From NCBI RefSeq assembly GCF_006345805.1, contig NC_043019.1:25047360-25111359 (forward strand): a stretch of DNA of 64,000 nucleotides. The letters are read 5' to 3'. Each line of letters opens with the position of its first letter. Positions within the stretch are counted from its first letter, which is position 1. Shown here piece by piece: positions 63,110 through 64,000 of this stretch. A model generated the notes under the pieces. The model did no database searches. It was not told the DNA's origin and saw only the letters and a program-made list of their open reading frames with translations. The stretch is from Octopus sinensis (Eukaryota). A program made the position numbers and the translations under genes.

Positions 63110-63189
63110 GTGGAGAACCAGTTGACTTGAAAATTTCCTTTGTTAAGGAAAATGAAAATGTCATATTCTCTTCTTCCAGTACTTTCAAG
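63110..63189 (+). CDS. NPEPPS: NPEPPS-like coding exon 3 (GEPVDLKISFVKENENVIFSSSSTFK)
   Basis: ttacag acceptor in phase 1, GTATGT donor. Aligns to PSA ...EDEKVTLSFPSTLQ. The exact 3' boundary is slightly uncertain (see findings). Confidence 0.8.
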
Positions 63190-64000
63190 GTATGTATTTC
63201 AATTTTTTAACTTCAATTTCATTTACGTATTTGGTAATAAAGCCTGTTATATTTATTGAGGGAAGACTATGAGAAGTGGGAGGCACTAGAAGGATGCTGT
63301 GTGACCCTGGGAGCCACAATCAGCAACCACTGCTGTACAGGTTTGCTTGTTACCCCAATATTTAGCAGTTGATCTAGTAGGCTCTTAGTGTAGCTCTTTC
63401 CATCTAATATTTTAATAAGGCTGGTCACATTATTACTCCTTTTTCTTTCACTAATAAGGCTTTGTAGTAGTAATAGTAGGAGGAGGAGGATGATGATGAT
63501 AGTTTATAAGCTAGTGACCTCACTGTTATGAGTTGAAATTTCTGTTCCACTTTCTGTTGAGCTCCTGAGCAGGACAACTCTGCTTGTTCAAGTTTATGCA
63601 GTGGATATAACACGAGTATCACTTTACTGTAGTTGAGCCATCTGGTTCCTCTAGCCTCGTGGCAAAGGGCCATTGTGCTCTTCCCTCTTTTTCTGACTTT
63701 GGCAAGGGTTGGAGCTTGAAACCAGTTTGTGCTACAGCTGCGCAGGGTCATCTTTTGAGGTGGCTCTCCAGGTTTTCTTAGTGGTTTGCTCTTTAGTCTC
63801 TTCACACCGGCTGGTAACTGTGTCATGGCAGTTCTTACTGGGATATTGTCCCCCCCCCCCCATTCATAGGTCATGCCCTGCTAGCTGCATTCTTCTGCCC
63901 TTGATTACAAGATTAAGGTATGGGGCTTGTATCTTCAAAGCACCTCTTCTTTTGTGATCTTGTCTTGAATTTTATACCCAGGATTTTTCACGGGCATCTT

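Overview
AT-rich, repeat-dense animal genomic DNA, very probably an octopus or other coleoid cephalopod. This is inferred from the tRNA-derived SINE families, RTE/CR1/R4/CRE/Penelope remnants and very long microsatellites. Two divergently oriented genes can be reconstructed by hand. (1) A complete 7-coding-exon TRMT10B-type SPOUT tRNA position-9 methyltransferase on the minus strand (ATG 39347, stop 24506; 858 nt, 285 aa; all introns GT-AG with compatible phases). (2) The first three coding exons of a puromycin-sensitive aminopeptidase (NPEPPS-like, M1 family) on the plus strand (ATG 50080), running off the window end. Nearly all other ORFs in the track are microsatellite translations or transposon debris. 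The most interesting observations are: an inverted, intron-containing partial duplicate of TRMT10B about 5 kb downstream of its own stop codon, which could pair with the pre-mRNA; a CpG-depleted domain extending about 10 kb past that stop codon and over the duplicate; three candidate minimal hammerhead ribozymes in Penelope-like tails; a SINE subfamily that repeatedly inserts at GGTATT; a young 8-bp-TSD MITE in the probable shared promoter; tandem CRE-clade retroelements; and a 107-bp minisatellite born from a SINE. I found no CRISPR array, rRNA or true tRNA gene, and nothing that establishes a wholly new biological system. All comparisons were made by eye, and repeat coordinates are approximate unless stated as exact.
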